NCBI GenBank assembly: GCA_907165135.1
Contig: OU015568.1
Coordinates: 1,426,001-1,490,000 of the forward strand
Source of the DNA: Oikopleura dioica
Taxonomy: Eukaryota; Animalia; Chordata
Reading direction: 5' to 3'
Length of the DNA stretch: 64,000 nt
Positions 46,612 through 57,957 of the stretch are shown here, in pieces. The notes under the pieces were generated by a model, which saw only the letters and a program-made list of their open reading frames with translations, was not told the origin of the DNA and did no database searches. The first letter of the stretch is position 1. Every line of letters begins with the position of its first letter. A program made the position numbers and the translations under genes.

Positions 46612-47725
46612 ATGACGAAGAAGGTTATTGCTCTTTTTGACGTCGACGGAACACTGACTGTCCCAAGAAAAGCCATTACTCAGGAGATGCACGATTTTAT
46701 GCAGGAACTTCAGGTACGGTAGACAAGCAAGAAAGTTGAATTGATGGAAAGCCGCTTGCGGCTTTTTTGGACGTTAAAAAGCCCCATTGAACCCTATGAT
46801 TATCTAAATATTTCTGTTAGAAACACGTGACCGTCGGAATCGTCGGAGGAAGTGACTATAAGAAGATCACAGAACAACTTGGCGCTTGTTCCGATGTTCC
46901 AATCGAGAAAATGTTCAAGTACGTCTTTTCTGAAAACGGCCTCGTCGCGTTCAAGGATGGAGCGAAACTCGCGGAAACATCGTTTATTGAAAAAGTCGGC
47001 GAAGAATACTACCAGGTTCGAAATGAAAGGGATCGAAGCGGATCTTGATGCTGTATTCAGGACCTGACGAATCACATCTTCAAATTGATGGCCGACATCC
47101 GCATTCCAGTCAAACGAGGAACCTTCATCGAATTCAGAAAAGGAATGATCAACGTCTCCCCCATCGGTCGACAATGCAGCCAAGCTGGTAACTTTTACCC
47201 CTCAAGCAAACCATGAAAACATTTTTTCAGAGCGCGACGCATTCGACCAGTACGACAAAACGGCAAAAATCCGGCCGGCCATGGTCAGTTCTTTGAAAGA
47301 AAAGTTCGGCGACAAGCTTACTTTTTCTATCGGCGGACAGATCTCCTTCGACGTCTTCCCTACCGGATGGGACAAGACCTACTGCCTCCAGTTTTTGGAA
47401 GAATACGACGAAGGTAACCTTACTGCTCATAAGAGTGCTTTTTATGGAGTAGCCGCTTGCGCCTTCGAGTTAAAAATAAAGTTAGCCGCGCTTTCAACCT
47501 GTTTTGCTCGAAGGCGCACGCGGCTTCTCGATTTTCTCAGGCTCAGACTATGTCTCTATGGCATCTTTTTTCTCTTACAACCTGTTTTCAGTCTATTTCT
47601 TCGGCGACAAGACCTTCCAAGGCGGTAACGACTTCGAAATCTTCAGCTCCGAGCGAACAAAGGGCAACACTGTCACCTCCCCAGACGATACCAAAGCCCA
47701 GTGCACCAAGCTTTTCATGTCCTAA
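46612..47725 (+). CDS. PMM2: Phosphomannomutase (HAD IIB), 5 exons
   Basis: [79 protein letters not shown]. Confidence 0.95.
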
Positions 47726-47799
47726 AAAGCTCTTTACCCATTCATTCTTCTTATTTCTGCCCTTATTCAATATCTCCTTTTCTATATCAGTAGTACTGT

Positions 47800-48651
47800 C
47801 AGGGCTGCACAATTGGCAAAAAATTTGGATTTTTCCAACCAACTGCCAATCCAATCCAACCCAAATTTTGCCAATCCAACCAAATTCCAATCCAACTCCA
47901 ATTCCAATTGGAATTTGGCTGTCCAATTGGAAAACTCGTGCCAATTGGAAGCAAGATTCCAATTGCCGATTGGTCCGCCAAAAAAATCGGATTCTAATTG
48001 GAAAATTCAGTTTTTTTAATGAGTTCATTGAAAATAATCCTTTAAAATTTACAAACGAGAGAATTTTTAAAGCGAATCGGCATCGGGCATTCGGGGAAAA
48101 AGCGTTCGGCCGAGCATTCGGACAGCTTAGCTCCTAAAATTTGGCCGGGCAAGAGCGGGCATTTCGGACATTTGGGCAATATGAGCACTTTCGGGCAATT
48201 CGGCGCTTTCAGGCAGTTTGGCAAGCCCTCGCCGAAGAAAATTCCTAAATTTCGTTAATTTTTGCATTCTTTACAACTATTTTTGCCCTCTTGCTCCTCT
48301 AACTGAATCAAAAGTCCCTCGAAACTTATTTTTCTAGCCCTTATCTATCGAAAATCCCACCATCAGTCCAATTCTTTTGACTTAAAGATCGAAAATTATT
48401 GCCCAACTGGTCGTTTGAGGCACTGATTCAAGCATAATCTGGCATTTCCGCATGGAAAGAGGTGCTTCGATCCAATCATTTTGCCAATTTACCAATTGGC
48501 GACCAGTTGCCAATTGGACCCCCATTTTCCAATTGGAAGGGCTGTCCAATTGGACAGACCCTGATTTTCCCGCCTTTTTCCAACCAATTTACCAATCCAA
48601 TCCAATTGGAATTGGAAACCAATTGGATTCCAATCCAATTGTGCAGCCCTG
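47800..48651. mobile_element. hAT-like non-autonomous element (852 bp) with dense CCAAT/ATTGG subterminal repeats
   Basis: TIR CAGGGCTGCACAATTGG; direct repeat GTACTGT on both sides (7 bp, or 8 bp with one mismatch). Confidence 0.88.
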
Positions 48652-48844
48652 GTACTGTAACCGCTTTATATTCGGGAAATTGCAATAAAAAAATGCATCC
48701 TTTCAACCAAAAAGTTGTCTTTTTGTTACGCTAGAATTGTAGAATGTGGAAAAGTTGAGATTTCTTGAAAAAATGAATGATTTGAATGTTCTGAATGACT
48801 GAAAATTTGCTCGAAATCGGGAGAAAGAAAACAAGAACTGGAAA

Positions 48845-50448
48845 ATGAATAACACAAGCTTGGGAGAGAAGTTTTGCATCAATGCCGTTGCTTGTACATT
48901 AGCAACCACTGTTACTGTAAGACAAGTTTCGAGCGCCTTCATTTTTGACCAGAACTCGAAGTAAATCAAATCTTCTAGCATCCAATCGAACTCGTGAAAA
49001 CGCGAATGCAACTCCAAGGCGAGCTGACCAAGTCCTATCACAAAACCTACACTTCTACCTCCAAGTCCGCAGTTCTTATCGTCAAATCCGATGGCTTCAG
49101 AGCTCTTTGGTCAGGCCTCTCCGCTGGACTCATGTATCAAGTGGTGATGAATGGATCGAGATTGACGCTTTTCGACAATTTGAGTGCAGTTGGTGTGCCC
49201 GCGCTTCCGGCTGGCATGCTTTCTGGCGCTGTTGGTGGAGGTGTTGGGAAAGTGGTTTACGAATAATTTGTAATTATAACAATCAATGATTGAACATATT
49301 TGACTATTTTCGGTATTTTTCTGGAATTAAAAACTCCACGCGGCTTTTTCTACCGAAGAATAAACCGAGCGTGACATTTACCCAAAATGAATTCAAATAG
49401 CTCCGAATTAAAGGCCTCCCACGTGGGGATATAGCTCAGAGCCGTTACAAAATTACCGGGGCAAACTTACTATTGCTCTAGAGCCTAGGGGTTACATCGT
49501 AGCCCCAGACATTTTTATACGGATCGGTAGAGAATCACAAGCTCTATGCCTGTATCATCTCAGATTTTCGAGATCTCAAAAATTTTCGGATTTATGGCGA
49601 TTTTTCATTTTTCAAAGGGCTACGTGTCCCTAATTCAGCCAATCACAGCACTGTATTTGACGCATTTGCCCCGGTAAATTTGTAACGTCTCTCAGTGGTA
49701 GAGCATTCGACTGCAGATCGAGAGGTCCCCGGTTCAAACCCGGGTGTCCCCTTATTTTTCCAAAACCACCGTCAAGATCTCCGTTTTATTTACTCAAAAC
49801 TCAGCAGCAAGCCCTTTCCAACCTCAATGTTGGAAGTCAACACAAAGGTACTTCAAAAACGCATACTTTCCTCCACTTTTCTTTTTCAAGAGGCGAATGT
49901 TCCAATGCTCCAATGGTTCCGAAAAGAAGTGGGTGAAGGAGGCATCGCTAGAATTTGGCGTGGATCGCCAGCGCAAATTGCAAGAGTCACTGTTGGAAGT
50001 GGCGCCCAACTTACTAGTTTTACGAAATCCAAGGTCAGTTTTCATTCCCTTTTTACTTTGATTCAAGCTTTCTTCAGGAGCTTCTTGGGCCTGTTTTTGA
50101 AGGAAATTGGTTCCTTACTACTGCTGTTTCTTCCGTAGTCGCTTCCGTTTTCGTGGTGCTATTCATGTCTCCCTTTGACGTCGTTTCTACTAGAATTTTC
50201 AACCAACCTGTCGATCCAGTGACGAAAAAGGGCCTTTACTACACTGGTACGATTGATGCTCTTGGCAAAATTTGGAAAGAAGAGGGTTCTAGCGCCTATT
50301 TAAAGGTACCATCTTTGTCAGTCCTGTTTTGAAAGATTTTAAGGGTCTACGGGCTGGATATCCAAGACATGCTTTGCAGACAATCCTTACCATGACAATT
50401 TGGGATGCGTTGAAGAACTTCTACGACTCGTGGAAAAATTCCACGTAA
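48845..50448 (+). CDS. Mitochondrial carrier, SLC25A34/SLC25A35-like, 6 exons
   Basis: Three carrier motifs: HPIELVKTRMQLQGEL, GSPFYLLKTQQQ, SPFDVVSTRIFNQP. Intron 2 (49248-49776) needs a GA donor (GG|gaaagt) to give GSPFY. Confidence 0.92.
49425..49752 (+). tRNA. tRNA-Cys(GCA) gene interrupted after position 15 by a TIR element
   Basis: 49425-49439 plus 49696-49752 give GGGGATATAGCTCAGTGGTAGAGCATTCGACTGCAGATCGAGAGGTCCCCGGTTCAAACCCGGGTGTCCCCT; all stems pair, U73 discriminator, T5 terminator just downstream. Confidence 0.92.
49440..49690. mobile_element. 251-bp MITE inserted in tRNA-Cys
   Basis: 26-bp TIR AG(C/A)CGTTACAAA(A/T)TTACCGGGGCAAA with 2 mismatches; TSD CTCAG (5 bp), or TCA (3 bp) if the TIR starts GAG. 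Confidence 0.9.
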
Positions 50449-50678
50449 TTTCGTCGTGCCTAGCTTTTGATAATTACTTTCTTTCTGTTTTAAAATCAGC
50501 TGACTTTCATTCCAGCATCTGTAGAATATATGATTATTGCGAACAACCACTAAAACTAGAGACCTTTCTCGAGCCATAGCAGGGAATACGATCGTCTCTA
50601 GAATACAGGCTTATTTACTATCACAGAAGAGCAGGGTAATCAGTTTTCAAGTACAGTAAAAGGGCTCAAGCACTCGCC

Positions 50679-52308
50679 ATGGGTATGGAAACATGCACGG
50701 TCGACGAAGTCATGGTTGTTTCTGGCTTATTCCACAAGCAGCCACACATTCAAAAAGCTGGCTCCAAGTTCGTCTTGCCTGGAGTACAGAAATTTCAGAA
50801 AATGTCTTTGAAACTCATAACGCTTGACCTGGAATCAAGGTTTGTTCTCAAACTGTTATCGACATGGTGATTATATTGATTCAGAGGGGCAACAACAAAA
50901 TTGGGTGTCCCGATAAATTGCAAAGGAACGGCACAAGTCAAGATCCCAGGCACTGATTTAAAAATGGTTGAGAGAGCAGTCCGCTGCTTTCTTGGGAAGA
51001 CGGACTATCAAATAAAGGAAGCACTCAAGCAGACGATGGAGGGCCATCAACGAGCAATTATTGGATCGATGACTGTTGAGGAGATCTGGAAAGCGCATGG
51101 TTCTATTTCTATTTTATCATTCAAATACTAGACTACAGTCTATAGTAGCCTACATAGAGTATATGTGATAGTATGAACCTTATTACCCCAAGAATTAAGT
51201 CAATTTGAACCCTTTGATAGACAAGGTTAAATTCAATAGGGAAGTGCACGAAACAGCAGCGACTGACTTGATGAAATTTGGTTTCACTATAACATCTTAC
51301 ACTCTCAACGACCAGAACGACGACAACGGATACTTTGAATCTATCGGAAAAGGCGTAGATGCGCGAGTGAAGGCCGATGGTAGAATAGGAAAAGCCCGTC
51401 ATGAGATGACTACGATAATTGGACAGTCAAAAGCGAATAGAGCTCAGGCGGAATCATTTGTAAGCTTTTCTGATCGTCAGCCATTATACCTGGTAATATG
51501 AATTTTAGTTCACAAACGAAAAACAACGCAAAGAAGCTGAACGCGACAAAAGGCTCCAAGCAGCCATAAACGAAAAAGAGGTCCAAACCAAGAAGGCCAT
51601 TTCCGATCTTGCAAAGAAACTTCAAGAAGCAAAGACAAAGCAAAACGTCAAAATCGCGGAGATGGAGGTGAAAGTCCAAGAGAAACGGCGTCAGATTGAA
51701 ATTCAAGAGCAAGAAATCATGCGACGCAAAAAGGAACTCGACGCGCGAATCAGAAAACCAGCTGAAGCGGAGAAGTACAAAATGGAGATCGAAGCCGAAG
51801 CTGCGCGACAACGAATGGTTCTCGAAGCCGAGGGCGAGGCCGAACTTATCAAACTGCAAGGAGAAGCGGAAGCTTTTGCGATCAATGAAAAGGCAAAAGC
51901 TGAGGCTCAGCAGATGAGAAGGAAGGCTGAGGCGTGGAATAAGTATCAAGATGCGGCCATTGTTGATATGATTCTGGATACTCTTCCACAGGTAAATGAC
52001 TTTAGTCATTTTAAACGTAAAGGAGATTTTGGCAATTCCTTTGTCCGGGGAAATCCAAGGTTTCGGGAAACCCTCGTTTTCGGAAATACTGATTTTGATT
52101 TTTTTAAGTCCATGTTTAAGTTTTTCTTCAGGTTGCTCAAGAAATCGCCGCTCCCCTCGCTAATGCCAGGAAGATCACGATGGTCTCCACTGGTGGTGGA
52201 CACATTGGTTGCGCGAAACTGGCTGGAGAAGTTCTTGATATTGTAAGCAATCTTCCAACGATAGTGCAGTCTTTGACCGGTGTGAACATTACTCCCAAAA
52301 AGCAATAA
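50679..52308 (+). CDS. Flotillin (SPFH plus flotillin coiled coil), closer to FLOT1
   Basis: [57 protein letters not shown]-like repeats, [22 protein letters not shown]; 5 exons. Confidence 0.93.
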
Positions 52309-52674
52309 ATTCTATTTTTATTTTATTCAATAAATTAATCCATAAAAACTATTTGTGGCTTATTTCCAAATTTGAAGCGACTTGAAGTTTGGATCTGGCA
52401 TTGTTTAGGCCTCGGTGCAGATTTAAGCAGGAAAAGCGGAAGAGATGAGTGGTTTCATAATTACGTCTCGCAATAGAACACGTTGCATGTTCTGTTTATC
52501 GAAACGTGAAGCGTTGGAGTAATCATCCCCTGGAGGTATTCTCGCTCAGAAAAATGGCACTCATTACCAAAACTTGAGACCCAGAATTTGCAAGAATTTT
52601 TCTCGAAGAAACTTATCAACCTGTATAATATCTTTTTAAAAAAGATTTTTGAAAGAGAAAAGTAAGAAGAAAAA

Positions 52675-54923
52675 ATGAAACTATGGTGCTGCTTTGCTTT
52701 ATTTAGAGTTCAAAAAGAAACCATAACTCGGATTTATTCAGTCTCTTACTATAAAATTATTACTGCCTTCACTAATTCGACCCAAATTTAATAGCTAATG
52801 CCTGCGATTGATGATAAGCATGTTTGTAAAAGTATACACAGATACATCGAAATTTGAACTCAATTTTATGTGAAAGCGCTTTCGTCATCACCATCCCCAA
52901 CTTCTCCTCTGGCTTTCCCGAATCTTCAGATGACGAGCAAGAATGTGTCGACACCGTCCCTCACATTTGTCGACCAAATACTTGTTCGCTTTTCTCAAAC
53001 TACTGTCGAAAAACCTGTGACTTATGCAACCCTCAGCAGAACGGGGCGCTCAGCTGGATCGATGAATTCTTCGGCGATTTCAATGGCAATATGCAGATCA
53101 TTGGAAGCACCCCTGGCATGGGCTCATTTCCATTCCCAAAGCCCTCAAAAGGCCATAAGGAGTTTAAACTAACAAAATGTCCGCCACGATCGGGCCCTCT
53201 TCCTCGAAACTATTTGGGAACGCTTTCAACTTCCGCTTCTGGCAGAAAATGTCAAAACTGGACTTCCCAGTATCCCCATCATCACGACAAGACGCCAGAA
53301 GTTTTCCCCAACAAAAATCTGGGCGACCATAATTACTGTAGAAACCCAGACGATGATATAAACGGGAGCTGGTGCTTCACAGAAGATCCAAATTTACGAT
53401 GGGAATATTGCGACAACACAGACTTTGCCTGCAACGAGTGCATGTTTGACAACGGCGGCTGCAGGGAGGAATACGAATGCTTGGACACAAACAGGCTGAA
53501 GGAAGGGACAGTAGTTTGCACTCTTCCTGAAGAAACAACAACGACAGTGATGTCAACTTACACAACGGATCAACCAACAACAGAATATTCTACAGCACCC
53601 GATTCTTTCGTACCTCAAAGAGTTTATCCTGATCAAACTATGGAAACTTGCGGAATGCCAAAAGTCCCGTCTGGCAGACAGCTGAGGATAGTGAATGGAG
53701 AGGAGTCTTCCTGGGGGCAGCATCCATGGATGCTTGCTGTTGGATACAAGTAAGAAACCACAATTATTCATTTTACTTGGAGGATCGCGTAAAAAAATGT
53801 CCTCGTCTTTTGACTCTCTTAAATCACTTACATGCTGGCCTTCAGAAATAAACATCGGGTCCCCTTAATTGTTGTCAAATCGTATTTACGATAATTTAAC
53901 ATCTTTCAGAAAGAAGATCACTTGCGGTGGCACCATCATCTCCCGAAAATTCGGTCTCACCGCTGCCCACTGCATCGGTGGCAACTACGCTGACAACTCC
54001 GTCTACGCCGGCGTTTTCAACATCAAAGATTTGACGAAAAAAGACCGCGACCTCTCCGCCGCTGCGAAAGAACGAATCTTCCGCTCGAATCTGCGCCGCT
54101 ACTTTGTGCCACAAGAATATGACCCGAAAAAATCTGACGAGCATGACATCGCTGTTTTGGAATTCGAAAAGGTGTTGGAATATACTGATTATATTCAGCC
54201 AGCGTGTTTGCCTACGACGAGGCCAGGGAAAGATCAATGGTGCGAAGTTGCCGGCTGGGGAGCGACGACGAAAACGCCCAGTTTTAGAAACACTTTTGAA
54301 ATGATTTCAGGTTCGATTTATCGAAAACCAAAAACTAAAAATATTTTGAAGATGGTTTTCCAACTGGCTTATTCCAGCACATGTTCAATGGAATCTTTGG
54401 TGGCAGAAAAAGACGAGATACTGTGGAAGTTCTCGCCAAAGATCGAAGTAAGATCCAATAATCTCAAGCAAATTCCAATCCTACTTAGGCCAGACGATTT
54501 TGACAGCAAATCTGCACGTCGTCGCGCAAGAAAAATGTCACAAGACGTATCAGAAAATGTTCACCAATAATATGTTCTGCGCCAAATCCGATAATGGAGC
54601 CGATACTTGTCAGGGCGACTCGGGCGGGCCCTTCATGTGCGAAAATGAGGATGGAGCTTGGACGGTCTCGGGGATCACGAGCTGGGGTCGGGGTTGCGCA
54701 CTTGACGGTAAGAGCCATTTCTGGTAAGAGCAGTTTCGAAAACATCGATTAAGGATATCCCGGCGTATACACGAGCGTGGTGAAGTACCTTGACTGGATC
54801 ATCGATGTTCAGAACGACAAAGTCCAATCCTTCAAGAAACCACATCTTCAAGACGGAGCCAGCAGTGGCCAAGGCATTCAAGTCGTCGAAATTCCCATGT
54901 TCGCCTTTTTCGGAAGAGATTAA
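52675..54923 (+). CDS. Secreted trypsin-like serine protease with ShKT, kringle and EGF-like domains
   Basis: ShKT CVD..C...C.....YCRKTCDLC; kringle [17 protein letters not shown]...WCFT...WEYC; activation site R-IVNG; catalytic triad TAAHC / HDIAVL / GDSGGP with S1 Asp; first exon boundary uncertain. Confidence 0.93.
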
Positions 54924-55067
54924 AATTTAAATTGATTACCACTTGAGTACTATGAATAAAGATAACCGCCTTTTGTGAGAATTTTTTCTGTTTTATTTTG
55001 CGTTTAGTTTTTTTTACAGAAAGATGAAGAAAATTGCGGGAGACTTAAGATTTTGAAGAAAGACATT

Positions 55068-56899
55068 TCATTTTTTCATCTTGAGCGTTTTTATGTCATC
55101 GTCAACAGGATCGGATCGGATTAATTCTGATTTACTGGCGGAAGAGGGGAGGATGGAAGATTTTGAATGATAGTTTTGATATGCTGTGGGTCCAGCGCGG
55201 AACCATTTCGACATCATTTTTCGTATTGATTTTGGATCTGAAGGGATTGAGTAGGAGTTCATAGACGGGACTGTACCTGAGGGAGTAGGAGGAGCTGTGG
55301 GCGGGGCAGTTACAGTCGTTGGCTCGACCATTTCCAAGTCTTTGATACTCAATCCTTCCCATAAAACACTTTCATCGTTTGTCAAATCTCTTAGCTTCTC
55401 TTCCAAAACAAAGCAACGCTCTGAACGGGTCACTTGGCGTACTGTACCTCAAGACATTCTGTACCTTTGTATTTGTTCTTTTCATTGAGAACTTCTTCCA
55501 ATTCATAAAGAGTGTATCTCGGTTTGTCTTTTTCGTCCAGGGACTTTTTCGCGCTCCAGGTCTGATCTTGCTCATCTTCCTTCATTTAAAGGTTTTTTCT
55601 GATAAAAGAATCGCGGTCATACCTGAAATTCTTCGCCTTCTGGTCCAGTTCTGTCTGGCAAATTTTCAGGGAAGGAATCTTCGCAATTTGATATTTCCGC
55701 GGCAATACTATCATTGCCCAAAGAAGGTGGTATGCTCGAATCGATTGTTAGATTTTGCGTCAGCCTCAATTCGTTGTTGATTTCCAGCAGTCTACCAGAC
55801 AGATAAGCTCAATAAAAATGATGGAGAACTGACCTGTTTGCTTCTCCTTCAAGTGTGTCACAGTCGGCTTCTAGCTCCCGAATCGCGCATTCTAGAGGAG
55901 TTTGTTAAAAAGGGATGTTAGAAGAAAACCGCGATTAATAAAGTTTATAAGAAATTTGTTCTAATTAGCAATATCAAAAATATTATCTGATATCAAAACT
56001 GTGAAATGAAAAATGATCTCCCTAACAGAAATACTTTCTTTCCCAAATTCTTGGTCGAACGCCGATTTCGGGTTAATTTGGGAAAGAAAATATTTCGAAT
56101 TTTTGATTTACCAAAGCTTTTCTGGAAAGTTCCTCTGAGCATAGCTAAAATTGATTTACATTCAGTAACTCACTTACTCGTTAGTTCTTACTGTATTACC
56201 TTTTAGCCGGAGCTCATCGGATAATTCTGTGACGCGTTTTTCGTACGTGGCGAGCATTTGCCGCTGGCGAGTGATCTCAGACTGCTGCTGCTGGTCCTTG
56301 ATTTTGTATTGCGCGAGGGTCTATTTTTGAGGCTCTCATTAGGGTAGGGGAAAGATTAAGGGTTTAGCCATCGATTTAGGGGGATTCTGAAGAAACATAC
56401 TGTCGGCTTGATTCAATCAGCGACTGTATCTCATGAATTTTATTGAGAAAATCAAGCTAAAAGCCAATTTTGGTCATTTTATTTGAGCCCGTTCCTGTTG
56501 AAATTGGTTGAGTTCATTGTTTTTGCTTGAAATTTGTTCTTCGTAAACCACTTTTTCACAGCTGTCGCTTTTCTTTGCTTCTTTATTATTCTCTTGGTTG
56601 CTCATGTTTCTCAGATTCTCCGCGATTTTCTCCGCCGTAAGTTTTTGCTCTATTTTGGATGATGATCAAATATTCAACAAAAAGAATCATTATCTGTCTG
56701 TGTCTCTATTGTTTCTCATCCCTTTTCCTATCAACTGTGATCTTTCTTCTACAACGCTTTCGAGTAATTCAAGGGCGCGGATGGTCGGGTCGACGAAGCC
56801 TTGAATCTGCTCGATGCCAATGTCAGCTGTCAACTTTTCGAGCTGAGAAGAGATCGTTGACGCCAGCTCCCAGACATCTCCAACGCTTATTTCAAGCAT
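55068..56899 (-). CDS. RILP-like protein (RH1 and RH2 domains), 7 exons
   Basis: RH1 ISVGDVWELASTISSQLEKL..DIG.EQI..FVDPTIRALELLE; RH2 KPRYTLYELEEVLNEKNKYKERCFVLEEKL; first two introns use GA donors. Confidence 0.85.
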
Positions 56900-57957
56900 T
56901 ATTCAGCTTCTGAAACACTGATTTTTCTCTCCTGGAAATCAAAAAAATAATCGTAAAAAGGAACACTCCTCGCCGTCTCTTTCAAAATCACTTACTCAGG
57001 AAAAAGTAATAAAAAATTTGATGATTTTGATCAATCAAAGCAAAAAAACGCGGCGATTTTTATGGCAAGGAAGAGAATTAATATTTCGGCGAAACAACGG
57101 GGCGCTCTTTTCACCGAAGAATCGATCGTTTTTTTTGCGTCTTTTTCAATATTATGCATCAAAAATAGACCTAGGCATGAGCCACAAGGTCAGTGAGAAC
57201 AAAATCCAAATGTACCTTTTCTTTCAAGATCCCCTTTCTCTCTGCTAATTAATTTCTAGAGGCATCTGTTGTCCATCTCTGGCAGATTAATAAGGGAGTC
57301 ATTAACTTAACACTTCTCTTTGTTCATTTCTGCTCTGAGATTTTCAGCTTTTCTTTTAGACACTTTGACCTCACGCGTCGTCGATTAAAAATAATTGTCA
57401 GGAAAGAATAAAAAAAGAGGAAATACTCGAAAGGCATTTGAATGAATAATCCCTTTTTTATGATTTTGAAGGAGGATCTATTCAAGGTACATACATTTTT
57501 CTCTTGACAAGTTCTTCTATGTGTTATTTTTTTCAATAAAATATTTCATGGATGTCTCTCCTTTGTGGTTGAGCGAAAAAACTGCTAAATAAAAACTGGC
57601 GTTAATGGTTGGACAAAGATGCGTGAGTTGTTTTCCCTCGGGGGAGATTCCAAATTTGTCTTTCTCGCGTTGAGTGCGCTCTCGCGTTTCTGAATTGAGC
57701 TTTGATGACACTAACACTTTTGACTAGTTGGACTCGGCTTTTGAGTTCTTGACTTGGCGCCAGAGGAAAGGAAGGGAGGACATTTTGATTAATTTATGAT
57801 GTTTCTTGATAATGAATAAAAAAGATAACACCGATAAAAGTCATGATGGGAATTCACAAAGAAAAGAACCGAAGAAGGATGTATTTTATTTTTATTGATA
57901 TTCGTTCAAAAAATCATTCGTTCGCGTTAGTTGGATCGCATATGCTTCTGGAAGAAG

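Noticed and set aside
42900-50602. TCTAGA core-promoter elements at 42900 and 50597
   Set aside because: A 6-mer that occurs often by chance here; no TSS data.
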